NCBI GenBank assembly: GCA_963783385.1 | Contig: CAWANJ010000006.1 | Location: 288,001-352,000, forward strand | Length of the DNA stretch: 64,000 nt | Origin: an uncultured Gemmatimonadales bacterium | Lineage (GTDB): Bacteria > Gemmatimonadota > Gemmatimonadetes > Palauibacterales > Palauibacteraceae | Direction: 5' to 3' | Shown: piece by piece, positions 1 to 9,558 of the stretch | Layout: every line of letters begins with the position of its first letter | Numbering within the stretch: the stretch's first letter is position 1 | The notes under the pieces: model-generated | Databases searched by the model: none | Seen by the model: the letters and a program-made list of their open reading frames with translations, nothing else | Told to the model about the DNA's origin: nothing | Made by a program: the position numbers and the translations under genes

Positions 1-1291
1 AGGCCTCGGCCAGGAGATCTTCCTCGATGACGAGGGGAGGCGTGAGTGACAGGACGTTGCCGTCCGGTCCGCCGGCCAGCACGAGCCACCCCTCGCCGAG
101 CGCTCCCGTCACGACCCGGCGCGCCAGCCCGGGGTCGGGCTCGCGCGTGCGCCGGTCGCGAACCAGGTCGATCCCGATGGCCAGGCCACGGCCCCGTACG
201 TCGCCCACGCACGCATGAGCCTCCGCCAGGCCCCCCAGCGCGGCGAGCCAGCGGGTCCCGACATCCCGGGCGCGTCGGGCCAGCTTCTCCTCCTCGAGGA
301 CGTCCAGGCTGGCGATCGCCGCGGCGCACGCCAGCGGATGGCCCAGGTAGGTGGAGGTGTGGATGGCCTCCCCGCCCGAGGCCGGCCACGCGTCCATCAG
401 TCCAGCCGGACCGGCGCACGCCGAAATCGGCATCCCGCTCGACAGGGCCTTGCCCACGCACAGGAGGTCCGGCACGACCCCCTCCGCCCCGGCCGCGAAC
501 CACGAGCCGGCGCGGCCGAAGCCGGTGTAGATCTCATCGGCCACCAGGACGAGTCCACGCTCCCGGCACAGGTCGCGGACTCCCGCGAGGAAGCCGGGCG
601 GGGGAACCACCTCGCCGCCCCGTCCCTGGATCGGCTCCAGGATGACCGCGCCCACCTCCTCGCCTCCGGGTCCGTCCAGGAGGGCCTCCAGCGCCTCGAG
701 GGCAGCGGGTCCTGCCGCGGAGCCACGCGGGAGGCCAGCCGGCGGCCGGTACGGGTGCGGGAACGGGGCCCGGAGCACGGTGCGGTTGAGTTGCGCCTCG
801 AACGGCGCCCGGAACCGCGACCCGTCGGTGACCGAGAGGGCACCGTAGCCGAGGCCGTGGTACGCCCCCGTGAACGCCACGACCCCGGGCCGGCCGGTGG
901 CCAGAGCCGCCGTCTTGAGGGCGGCCTCGACCGCGTCCGACCCCGTGACCCCGAGGAGGACCCGGGGCTCGTCGTACGGGAGGAGCCCCGCCAGCCGCTC
1001 CAGGAGCTCCACCTTCACCGCCGGCGGGTGGACGTCACCCATCCCGTGTACCAGGCGGCCGGCCTGCTCCCGGATCGCGTCCACCACCCTCGGGTGCCCG
1101 TGGCCGCACGCGGCCACGGCGAACCCGGCCGTCAGGTCGACGTACTCTCCGCCGTCCACGTCCACGACCCGGCAGCCGGAGGCGCGCTCCCAGAACACGG
1201 GGAACGCATCACCGAGCCAGGTCACGTTTCGGGACTCCACCCGCGCCAGCCGGCGCGCCAGCGCATCCGAGCGCGGCCCTCGCCCGCTCAT
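1..1291 (-). CDS. Class III PLP aminotransferase (4-aminobutyrate/acetylornithine aminotransferase-like); 3' end runs off the window
   Basis: Manual translation from ATG 1291: MSGRGPRSDALARRLARVESRNVTWLGDAFPVFWERASGCRVVDVDGGEYVDLTAGFAVAACGHGHP, later LVADEIYTGFGRAG and PDLLCVGKALSSGMP (class III motifs). Absent from the ORF track because no stop lies in the window. Confidence 0.9.
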   Translation of the reverse strand, partial: MSGRGPRSDALARRLARVESRNVTWLGDAFPVFWERASGCRVVDVDGGEYVDLTAGFAVAACGHGHPRVVDAIREQAGRLVHGMGDVHPPAVKVELLERLAGLLPYDEPRVLLGVTGSDAVEAALKTAALATGRPGVVAFTGAYHGLGYGALSVTDGSRFRAPFEAQLNRTVLRAPFPHPYRPPAGLPRGSAAGPAALEALEALLDGPGGEEVGAVILEPIQGRGGEVVPPPGFLAGVRDLCRERGLVLVADEIYTGFGRAGSWFAAGAEGVVPDLLCVGKALSSGMPISACAGPAGLMDAWPASGGEAIHTSTYLGHPLACAAAIASLDVLEEEKLARRARDVGTRWLAALGGLAEAHACVGDVRGRGLAIGIDLVRDRRTREPDPGLARRVVTGALGEGWLVLAGGPDGNVLSLTPPLVIEEDLLAEA

Positions 1292-1362
1292 GCTCTGGCC
1301 CGAATCTTGTTCACCGCAGGCGCCACCCGCACGACACGCACACCGACCGCGAGGAGAGCCGC

Positions 1363-2089
1363 GTGAAGGAACTCGAGGACCGCGTCGCGATGATCTCCGG
1401 GGCTTCGAAGGGCCTCGGAGCGGCCCTGGCCCGCCGCTTCGCCCGGGAGGGGGCCGCCGTCTCGCTGTGCGCCCGGGGAGGGGATGACCTCCGCCGCATC
1501 GAGGCCGAGGTCCGCGAGCTCGGCGCCGCCTGCGTGGCCGTGGAGACCGACGTCACCGACCGGGCCGCGGTGGAGCGCTGGGTCGCGGCCACGCTGGAGG
1601 AGTTGGGCCGCGTGGACGTGCTGGTGAACAACGCCTCCATCCTGGGGCAGCGGGTCACGATCGAGGAGTTCGACGATGACATTCTGGCGTCGAACGATCG
1701 AGGTGAACCTCACGGGTCCCTACCTGTGCATCCGCGCCGCGCTGCCGGCGCTGCGCCGCTCGCGCGGCTCGATCGTCAACGTCTCCTCGGGCGTGGGGGA
1801 CCACGGTCGACCGCGCTGGGGCGCCTACTGTGTCTCCAAGAACGGGCTGGAAGCGCTCACCGAGATCCTCGCGGGAGAGCTGGACGGGAGCGGCGTACGG
1901 GTGAACACGGTCGACCCCGGGGCCATGCGGACGGAAATGCGCGGCGCCGCCTACCCCGAGGAGGATCCGGGCACGGTGGCCACGCCCGACGAGGTCACCG
2001 ACGTGTTCGTATACCTGGCCTCCCAGCGCAGCCGAGCCGTGAGCGGCGAGCGCTTCCGGGCGCAGGAGTTCGAGGTGGCCCGTCGCTGA
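1363..2089 (+). CDS. SDR family oxidoreductase (YciK-like), frameshifted at ~1683
   Basis: ISGASKGLG and LVNNAS in ORF 1363; NVSS, YCVSK (YxxxK) and DPGAMRTEMR in ORF 1676..2089. Removing one base joins the halves; probable sequencing indel. Confidence 0.88.
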
Positions 2090-2136
2090 GGCCGGCCCCC
2101 CGTCCGGGGCCCCGGTCCGGCTCCGGGGTCCCGGCC

Positions 2137-2373
2137 TCACCAATCGTAGACCGTCCACCGGCGGCAGTCCTCCGCCGTGCACACCAACCGCACCCGGAAG
2201 GGCGAGCTTCCGCCCCGCGGGTACGGATGGCGCTCCACGCGGCGCACCATGGGGGCGCCGCACGCGGGGCACTCGGGCTCACCGCCCGGAATCGGCCTGG
2301 CCCGGTCCCTCTCCTCGACCTCGGCGGCTTGCTCGAGGTCCAGGAGAGGCCCGAGATTGTTGTCCTGAGTCAT
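2137..2373 (-). CDS. Small zinc-ribbon-like protein (78 aa)
   Basis: MTQDNN...CPACGAPM...RLVCTAEDCRRWTVYDW, with CxxC and Cx4C pairs; TATCGT -10-like hexamer 8 nt upstream of the ATG. Confidence 0.65.
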   Translation of the reverse strand: MTQDNNLGPLLDLEQAAEVEERDRARPIPGGEPECPACGAPMVRRVERHPYPRGGSSPFRVRLVCTAEDCRRWTVYDW

Positions 2374-3559
2374 GAGCCTCCACGATAAGCCGGGCCCCGA
2401 AGCCTCCGCCACCAGCGCGGAGCTGGCCGAGCGGTACCGGCCCGAGTTTCCCATCCTCCGGAGCAAGGTGTACCTGAACTCCAACTCGCTCGGCGCGCTC
2501 GGCCGTCGATCCCTGCGCGAGCGTCGGCGCTTCGAGCGGGAATGGATGGAGCTCGGGGCCTCCGCGTGGTACGAGCTGTGGCTGGATCGCCTCGACGAGG
2601 TCCGCGCCGCCTTCGGGCGCACCGTCGGCGCCCCGGCCGACCGCATCGCCCTCGTTCCCAGCATCTCGGCCGGCCTCACAATGGTGGCCGACGCGCTCGA
2701 TTTCGAGCGTCGACCCCGCGTGGTCACCTGCGAGCTCGACTTCCCCACGCTCCTCTACCAGTTCCTGGGGCGACGGGAGCGGGGCGTCGAGACCGTGGTC
2801 CTGGAGAGCCCCGACGGGCTCGAGGTGCCCCTCGAAGCCTGGGAGGAGGCGATCGACGAGCGCACCGCCCTCGTCGCCACCTCGCACGTGTTCTTCACCA
2901 CCGGCGCGATCCAGGACGTGGCCGCGCTGGCCCGGCTCGCGCACGAGCGCGGCGCCCTCTTCCTCGTCGACGCCTACCAGTCCAACGGCCAGATCCCGAT
3001 CGACGCGCCGGCGCTGGACGTGGACTTCCTGCTGTCGGGCGGGCTCAAGTGGCTGCTGGGCGGCCCCGGGATCGCGTACCTGTACGTCCGCCCCGGCCTC
3101 GCCGAGCGCCTGGCCGCCGGTCCGCTGAGCTGGTTCGGCGTCAGGGATCCGTTCGCCTTCGACCCGCGCGCGGCCGATCCCCGGCCGGACGCGCGCCGCT
3201 TCGAGCTGGGGACTCCGGCCACGGGCGCAGCCTTCACGGCGGCCGGCGGCCTCGAGGTCATCGAGGAGATCGGCGTCGAGGCCATCCGCCGGAGGAACGC
3301 GGCCCTGGCCGAGGACCTCCTCGAGCGCCTGCGGGAGGCGGGCCTCGAGCCGCACGTGGCTCCAGCCGAAGACCGGCGCTCGGCCATCGTGCTCGTGCAT
3401 CACCCCCGGCCGGCGGCGGCGACCGAGCACCTGGCCCGGGCCGGGGTCATCGTCGACCACCGTCCGGGCCTCGTCCGCTTCTCACCCCACTTCTACAACA
3501 CGATCGAGGACAACATGCGCGCCGTCGAGCGACTGATCAGCCTGCCGGGGGTCTCGTGA
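2372..3559 (+). CDS. Class V PLP-dependent enzyme (kynureninase / cysteine desulfurase-like)
   Basis: EFPIL..VYLNSNSLG, VDAYQSNG, SGGLKWLLGGPG, RFELGTP, RFSPHFYNT. Confidence 0.9.
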   Translation: MSLHDKPGPEASATSAELAERYRPEFPILRSKVYLNSNSLGALGRRSLRERRRFEREWMELGASAWYELWLDRLDEVRAAFGRTVGAPADRIALVPSISAGLTMVADALDFERRPRVVTCELDFPTLLYQFLGRRERGVETVVLESPDGLEVPLEAWEEAIDERTALVATSHVFFTTGAIQDVAALARLAHERGALFLVDAYQSNGQIPIDAPALDVDFLLSGGLKWLLGGPGIAYLYVRPGLAERLAAGPLSWFGVRDPFAFDPRAADPRPDARRFELGTPATGAAFTAAGGLEVIEEIGVEAIRRRNAALAEDLLERLREAGLEPHVAPAEDRRSAIVLVHHPRPAAATEHLARAGVIVDHRPGLVRFSPHFYNTIEDNMRAVERLISLPGVS

Positions 3560-4023
3560 GGGTCCGCGTCCGGCGCATCCGGGCCCGCACGGTCTTCCTG
3601 ATGGCCCTCCTCCTGTACGTCGTCGTGGGCCTCCTCATCGGCGGTGCGCTGTTCGTCCTCGACCGCCTCCACCTGGTCCCGGCCGCCGAGCAGACCGGCC
3701 TGGATCGGCTGGGCGGATGGATCCTCCTGCTGTTCCCGGCCGTGTACGGCTTCATCGGAGGCTTCTTCGGGGCCGTGGCGGCGATCTTCTACAACGGGAT
3801 CGCGGCCGTCATGGGCGGTGTGGAGGTCGACCTGCGTGTGAAAGACTGGGGATCGCGCGCGGGTCCGCCGGCGGCCGGTCCGGCGGCCGAGCCCGATCCG
3901 GCGGGTGAGAGGGCGACCGCCGGGACCACCTCCGACGTCGGGGTCGGCGGGGAGGGTGACGTCGGCGCGGAGGCGGTGGGCGCGGACGCCGACGATCAGG
4001 AGCCCGCGGCCTCCGCTTCCTGA
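3556..4023 (+). CDS. Membrane protein, DUF3566-like (2 TM plus acidic tail)
   Basis: GTG overlaps the upstream TGA; two hydrophobic segments ending in IFYNGIAAVMGGVEVDL. Confidence 0.65.
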   Translation: MRVRVRRIRARTVFLMALLLYVVVGLLIGGALFVLDRLHLVPAAEQTGLDRLGGWILLLFPAVYGFIGGFFGAVAAIFYNGIAAVMGGVEVDLRVKDWGSRAGPPAAGPAAEPDPAGERATAGTTSDVGVGGEGDVGAEAVGADADDQEPAASAS

Positions 4024-5228
4024 AGGACCGTGTCCGGGTCGTACCCGGCCTGGCGGAGAATTCGCTCCACCGTCTCGCCGATCTTGCTGTTGGGGGTCGA
4101 GGCCCCCGCCGTGAGCCCGATCTCCACGTCCCCTTCGGGCAGCCACCCCGGCGTCGTGAGCAGCTCCCGGCCCATGATCTCCTTGTGCCGGATCGTGGCA
4201 CGCTGGGGCTCGATGCAGGTCGCGTCCTCGATGTGGAAGGTGCGCGTGCTCTGCGAGCACAGGTGCGCCAGATGGTTGGTGTTGCTCGAGTTGTAGCCGC
4301 CGATCACCACCATCAGGTGGGGCGGGTCGACCATCATCTTCTGAACGGCGTCCTGCCGGTCCTGGGTGGCCGAGCAGATCGTGTCGAAGCTCCGGAAGCG
4401 CTCGGCGGCCTCCGCCTCCCCCCACCGGTCCACCATGGCCCGGTGCAGCCGGTCGGCGATGGCCAGGGAGTCGGAGGCGACCATGGTGGTCTGGTTGGCC
4501 ACCCCCACCCGCTCCAGGTCGCGGTCGGGGTCGAACCCCCGGGAGTGCTTGCCCCGGAAGCGCTCCAGGAAGGCCTCCCGTTCACCCTCTCCCCGGATGT
4601 AGGAGCACACGAACTCGGCCTCGTCCATGTCCCGGACGACCAGGTACCTGCCTTCCGGATACTTGCGGACCTGGGAGCTGGTGGCGCGCGTCTCCTCGTG
4701 GTAGTGCTTGCCGTGGATGATGGCCGTGAAGCCGTCCCGCGCGTAGCTCTCCACCCGCTTCCACACGAGGAGGACCGAGCCGCACGTAGTGTCCACGACC
4801 ACGCAGTCCATGGAGCGCAACCGCTCGAAGTCCTCGATTCCCACCCCGAACGCCGGCAGGATGACCACGTTGTCAGCTCCCACCCGGCCGAAGTCGAAGC
4901 GCCCGTCCTCGTCGGGATACAGGAACTCGATCCCCATCTCGCGGAGTTGGCGGTTCACGTGGGGATTGTGGATGATCTCGCCCACCAGAACGATGCGCCG
5001 GTCGGGGAACTTGCGGCGCGTCTCGTAGGCATACTCGACGGCCCGGTCCACGCCGTAGCAGAAGCCGAAGCTCTCGGCCAGCCGGAAATGGATACGCCCC
5101 ACGTCCAGGCGGTGGCCCCGAGCCTGGATGAGGCTCACCAGGGCGCTGCCGTACTCGGACTTGAGGAGCGGCTGGATCTCGTCCTTGAGTCCGAGGCCGC
5201 GGCGGAAGTAGGTCTCTTCGGTGCTCAC
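3996..5228 (-). CDS. ispH: 4-hydroxy-3-methylbut-2-enyl diphosphate reductase (long form)
   Basis: FGFCYGVDRA, EIIHNP, DTTCG, QTT, DTICSATQDRQ, GGYNSSNT, TAGASTP. Confidence 0.97.
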   Translation of the reverse strand: MSTEETYFRRGLGLKDEIQPLLKSEYGSALVSLIQARGHRLDVGRIHFRLAESFGFCYGVDRAVEYAYETRRKFPDRRIVLVGEIIHNPHVNRQLREMGIEFLYPDEDGRFDFGRVGADNVVILPAFGVGIEDFERLRSMDCVVVDTTCGSVLLVWKRVESYARDGFTAIIHGKHYHEETRATSSQVRKYPEGRYLVVRDMDEAEFVCSYIRGEGEREAFLERFRGKHSRGFDPDRDLERVGVANQTTMVASDSLAIADRLHRAMVDRWGEAEAAERFRSFDTICSATQDRQDAVQKMMVDPPHLMVVIGGYNSSNTNHLAHLCSQSTRTFHIEDATCIEPQRATIRHKEIMGRELLTTPGWLPEGDVEIGLTAGASTPNSKIGETVERILRQAGYDPDTVLQEAEAAGS

Positions 5229-5570
5229 TCTCGTGTCCCTACCCTCGGAGCGCGCTCGGGCGGCGGGTCCGGGCCGGAGGGGCCGCGATCCGCGTTGCGG
5301 CGCATGGAGTGGTCGCGCTGGAACGTAAGGATACCGGAGCGCGGGGTCGAGGTTCACCGCTCCGTGTGCCGTGTTGGCGGCAACCGGGGGTGGACGGGTC
5401 GCCGTGTGTGCCAGAAAGGCGCGCATGGGGCTACCGGCGGCGGCCTCGCAGCGGTCGCACGCGGCGCGGAACCTGCACCCGTGGAGACGGCCCCCGGTGC
5501 GCCCTCGCTGGCGGACCAGGGGCGTGACGCGTTCGGAGTCTCCGTCAACGGGCCGCGAGGCCGGAGCGAC

Positions 5571-8216
5571 ATGGATCCTACAGGCGACGAGAACCAGCAC
5601 ATCGTGTTCATCTCCACCGAGCCCGAGGGCGACGCCGGGGCCGGGGAGGGAGCCGAGGGCGAGCCGATGGGCTCCTCCGCCGAGCTCCCGCCGGAGGCAC
5701 GCCTGCGGCTCCCGGTCCTCCCCCTGCGCGGCACCGTCGTGTTTCCGGCCGTGGCGGCCCCCATCGCCGCCGGCCGGGACAAGACCCTGAGCGGGGTCGA
5801 GTCCGCCCTGGAGGGCGACAAGCTCGTGTTCGCGGTGGCCCAGAAGGACTCCGGGGTCGAGGAGCCGGTGCCCACGATCCTCCACCGGGTGGGCACGATC
5901 TGCCGCATCGCGCAGATGCAGCGGGTGCCGGGCGGCATCCAGATGGTCATCCAGGGCGAGGCGCGGGCCGCCGCGCTCCAGTACACCGAGCGCGACGGCC
6001 TCATCGAGGTGGTGTGCCGTCGCCTCATGGACATGCCCCCGCTCGACCCGGAGGAGTCGGCGTTCACCGCCCTGTACCGGGAGGTCCGGGAGCGGGCCAC
6101 CGAGCTCAGCCGCCTGCGGGGCGTCCCCTCGGAGATCGTGAACCACCTGCTGGGCGGCGTCTCCTCGCCTGGAGAGCTGGCCGACCTGGTCACCTTCTAC
6201 ACCGAGCTCGACGTCAACGAGAAGCAGGAGCTGCTCGAGACCCTGTCGGTGGAGGACCGGCTCCGGAAGCTGCTCGTCCACCTGCAGCGCCAGATCGGGG
6301 TCATGGAGGCGCAGGAGCAGATCCGCAGCAAGGTCCAGGAGGAGCTCGGAGAGCGCCAGCGGGAAGTCTTCCTGCGCGAGCAGATGAAGGCCATCCAGCA
6401 GGAGCTGGGCGAGGACACCGAGGCCCAGGAGATCGCGGACCTGCGCGAGCGCCTCGAGCAGCTCGACCTGCCCGAGGAGGCTCGCAAGGAAGTCGAGCGG
6501 GAGCTCCGCCGCCTGGAGCGGGTCAACCGCGAGTCGGCCGAGGCGCAAGTCATCCGGACCTACCTGGAGACGGTGAGCGACCTGCCGTGGAACGAGCGGA
6601 CGCTGGATCGCCTGGACCTCAAGCGGGCCCAGGAAATGCTGGACCGCGATCACTACGGCCTCGAGGACGTCAAGGAGCGCGTGCTGGACTTCCTGGCCGT
6701 GCGCAAGCTCCAGCAACTGCGCCAGGAGGAGGCCCCCGCGGAGGCGGAGGCACCACCGGAGGGCACCGCCTCCGGGACCGGCGTCCCGGAGCAGCCGGAG
6801 TCCGGCGCGCAGGCATCGCGGTCGCGCGAGGGCCAGGACGACGACCGCACCGGCTCGATCCTCCTGTTCGTGGGTCCGCCGGGCGTGGGCAAGACCTCGA
6901 TCGCCAAGTCCATCGCCGAGGCCATGGGCCGCGAGTACGTGCGCGTGTCGCTGGGCGGGGCCCGCGACGAGGCCGACATCCGCGGCCACCGGCGGACGTA
7001 CGTCGGGGCCATGCCGGGTCGGATCATCGAGGGGATGAAGCGGGCCGGCACCAAGAACCCGGTCTTCCTCCTCGACGAGGTCGACAAGCTGGGTATCTCC
7101 TTCCAGGGCGATCCCTCCGCGGCGCTCATGGAGGTCCTGGACCCGGCCCAGAACGATGCGTTCGTGGACCACTACCTGGGCGTCCCCTTCGACCTGTCGG
7201 ACGTCCTGTTCATCGCCACGGCCAACGTGCTCGGACAGATCCCGGGACCGCTACAGGACCGGATGGAGGCCATCGAGTTCCGTGGCTACACGGAGGCGGA
7301 GAAGCTCCAGATCGCCCGCCGCTACCTCCTGCCCCGACAGGTGCGCCAGTCGGGCCTCACCGACGAGCAGCTGGACCTGGAGGACGACGCGATCCGCGAG
7401 ACGATCGCCAGCTACACCCGCGAGGCGGGCGTCCGGAACCTGGAGCGGGAGCTGGGGACGGTGGCCCGCAAGGCGGCGCGGAAGATCGCGGCGGACGAGA
7501 CGGACCACGTCCGGGTCACCCGGGAGGAGCTGCGCGAGTTCCTCGGCCAGCCGAAGGTCCATCCCGAGGAGAAGCTCGAGGAGGACACGGTGGGGGTGGC
7601 CACCGGCATGTACTACACGCCCGCGGGCGGCGACATCATGCTGGTCGAGACCAGCGTCACCCGGGGCAACGAGAACCTGGTCCTCACGGGGCAGCTCGGC
7701 GACGTCATGAAGGAGAGCGCCCGCGCCGCCCTCACCTGGGCTCGGAGCCATGCGTCGGAGCTCCGCATCCCGGAGGAGCGGCTGCGCGACCACGAGGTGC
7801 ACGTGCACGTCCCCGCCGGCGCGGTGCAGAAGGAGGGACCGTCGGCGGGCATCGCCATGGCCGTGTCCCTGATCAGCGCCCTGGGCGAGCATCCGGTGCG
7901 CTCGGACGTGGCCATGACCGGCGAGATCACACTCACCGGCCGCGTCCTGCCGATCGGGGGGCTCAAGGAGAAGGTGCTGGGCGCCTACCGGGCCGGAATC
8001 CGGCAAATCATCCTGCCGGCGTCCAATGAGGGCGATCTGGAGGACCTGCCGGAGCAGGTGCGAGAACAGGTGACCTTCAGCCTGGTCCACTCCCTGGACG
8101 AGGTCGTCCCGGAGGTGTTCCGGGGGGTGGGCTGCGAGGACGGGCAGCTGGTGTTCCGGGACGGCGGCCCCGAGAACGAGGCCTCGCGCGAGGAGGCAAG
8201 GGCCACGGCTGGCTGA
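5571..8216 (+). CDS. lon: ATP-dependent Lon protease (endopeptidase La)
   Basis: LPVLPLR Lon N-domain, Walker [17 protein letters not shown], catalytic KEGPSAG and downstream GGLKEK. Start could alternatively be 5667. Confidence 0.97.
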   Translation: MDPTGDENQHIVFISTEPEGDAGAGEGAEGEPMGSSAELPPEARLRLPVLPLRGTVVFPAVAAPIAAGRDKTLSGVESALEGDKLVFAVAQKDSGVEEPVPTILHRVGTICRIAQMQRVPGGIQMVIQGEARAAALQYTERDGLIEVVCRRLMDMPPLDPEESAFTALYREVRERATELSRLRGVPSEIVNHLLGGVSSPGELADLVTFYTELDVNEKQELLETLSVEDRLRKLLVHLQRQIGVMEAQEQIRSKVQEELGERQREVFLREQMKAIQQELGEDTEAQEIADLRERLEQLDLPEEARKEVERELRRLERVNRESAEAQVIRTYLETVSDLPWNERTLDRLDLKRAQEMLDRDHYGLEDVKERVLDFLAVRKLQQLRQEEAPAEAEAPPEGTASGTGVPEQPESGAQASRSREGQDDDRTGSILLFVGPPGVGKTSIAKSIAEAMGREYVRVSLGGARDEADIRGHRRTYVGAMPGRIIEGMKRAGTKNPVFLLDEVDKLGISFQGDPSAALMEVLDPAQNDAFVDHYLGVPFDLSDVLFIATANVLGQIPGPLQDRMEAIEFRGYTEAEKLQIARRYLLPRQVRQSGLTDEQLDLEDDAIRETIASYTREAGVRNLERELGTVARKAARKIAADETDHVRVTREELREFLGQPKVHPEEKLEEDTVGVATGMYYTPAGGDIMLVETSVTRGNENLVLTGQLGDVMKESARAALTWARSHASELRIPEERLRDHEVHVHVPAGAVQKEGPSAGIAMAVSLISALGEHPVRSDVAMTGEITLTGRVLPIGGLKEKVLGAYRAGIRQIILPASNEGDLEDLPEQVREQVTFSLVHSLDEVVPEVFRGVGCEDGQLVFRDGGPENEASREEARATAG

Positions 8217-8256
8217 CCGGACGCCCGCGCACACACGCCCATGAGCCGGTACCGTC

Positions 8257-8281
8257 AAAGCGCTTTACATTAGCGCTTTTC
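8257..8281. promoter_or_regulatory. Tandem AGCGCT-centred palindromes (LacI-type operator-like, or a terminator hairpin)
   Basis: AAAGCGCTTTACATTAGCGCTTTTC, an AT-rich island between the convergent lon and HAD genes. Confidence 0.35.
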
Positions 8282-8319
8282 TTCCGGCGGGACCCGCGGC
8301 ACGGCACGGAGCCGCGCCT

Positions 8320-8988
8320 TCACTCGTCGCCGCGCTCCAGCACCGCGTCCAGTGCGTCCAGCCCCTCGAGCCAATGGTCGGGCGCGGCGGGCGCGAGCTC
8401 CTCGCGGCTGTAGGGTCCCCACAGCGCTGCCCCGGTGTGCGTACCCGCCGCCCGGCCCGCGCGCAGGTCGTGCACGCTGTCGCCCACGAACAGGGAGCGG
8501 CCCGCCTCCCCCTCGCCGGCGGCCTCCAGGGCGCGGCGCACGGGCTCGGGGTCCGGCTTGAAGCGCTCGACGTCCGAGGCCGTCACCACGGCCGCGAACC
8601 ACTCGACCTCGAAGCCGCACAGCTCCAGGCCCCGCAGCGTCCCCTCGCGGCGCTTGCTGGTCACGATGCCGAGCCGGAATCCGCGGCCCACCAGCCCCTC
8701 CACGTACTCCCGCATGCCCGGGAAAGAGCGCAGCAGCCGGTCGTGCATGGCCGCGTTGTGCTCCAGGTAGGTCGCGAGCATCGCTTCAGCCTCTTCGGGG
8801 CTCCGGGCGAAGTCCAGGAATTGCGCTTCCAGGGGCTGCCCCATGGTGCGCAACCATTCGGCGTCCGGCAGCTCCCGGCCGAGGTGCACGCGCATCGTGT
8901 GGCGAAAGGAGCCCAGGATGAGCTCGGCCGAGTCGATGAGGGTCCCGTCCAGATCGAACAGGACCGTCCGCAGGTAGGCGGCCGTCAC
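8320..8988 (-). CDS. HAD-IA hydrolase (PpaX/Gph-like phosphatase)
   Basis: FDLDGTLIDS, VTSK, KPDPEP, VGDS..D. Confidence 0.92.
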   Translation of the reverse strand: MTAAYLRTVLFDLDGTLIDSAELILGSFRHTMRVHLGRELPDAEWLRTMGQPLEAQFLDFARSPEEAEAMLATYLEHNAAMHDRLLRSFPGMREYVEGLVGRGFRLGIVTSKRREGTLRGLELCGFEVEWFAAVVTASDVERFKPDPEPVRRALEAAGEGEAGRSLFVGDSVHDLRAGRAAGTHTGAALWGPYSREELAPAAPDHWLEGLDALDAVLERGDE

Positions 8989-9353
8989 GAGTCGGTGGCC
9001 GGCCCACCGCCCGCCGACTCGAGGCCGAGGATGGCCTCTTCCACGTCGAGCCCGGGCGCCTCCTCGCCGACCGCCAGGCGTACCAGGTCGAAGTGCAGGC
9101 GCGCCACCCGGCTCGAGGCCCGGCGCACCGCCCCTGGAGCGCGCTCCTCTTCCCTCGCCATGGAGGTCTCGAGCGCCCGAACCGCCTCGAGCGCCCGGCG
9201 TCCCAGGGCCTCGTGCTCGTCCGGGAGAGAGGCGATCGCCGCCTCCGTCCCGCGGCGAAGCTGGTGGAGACGCTCGACGGGATCCTCGTGCTCGGGCACG
9301 CCGGGCTCGTCCTCCCCGGGCTCCCCGAACAGCAGGGCCTTGATAGGGGTCAT
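8985..9353 (-). CDS. Hypothetical helical protein (122 aa)
   Basis: AAGGAGAG RBS before ATG 9353; stop overlaps the HAD start (GTGA). Confidence 0.65.
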   Translation of the reverse strand: MTPIKALLFGEPGEDEPGVPEHEDPVERLHQLRRGTEAAIASLPDEHEALGRRALEAVRALETSMAREEERAPGAVRRASSRVARLHFDLVRLAVGEEAPGLDVEEAILGLESAGGGPATDS

Positions 9354-9449
9354 GCGGGCTGCTCTCCTTCGTTGCGCGGACCGAACGTGGACGTGGGCGC
9401 GGCCGTCCGCGAGCTCGCCGCGGGACGGCCCGTCGACCGGAGCGAAACG

Positions 9450-9465
9450 TGCAAGAAGGTTACCA
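9450..9465 (-). promoter_or_regulatory. Possible sigma-54 (-24/-12) promoter
   Basis: Minus strand TGGTAACCTTCTTGCA = GG-N10-GC ending in TTGCA, about 100 nt upstream of the 9353 start. Confidence 0.3.
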
Positions 9466-9558
9466 TGTCGCGGCACGGCCGTGTACGAGACGGCACACGG
9501 ATGAGTTACAGTGTCGCCGCGGGATCCAGCACCACGCGCCACATGAAAGGAGCGGACG

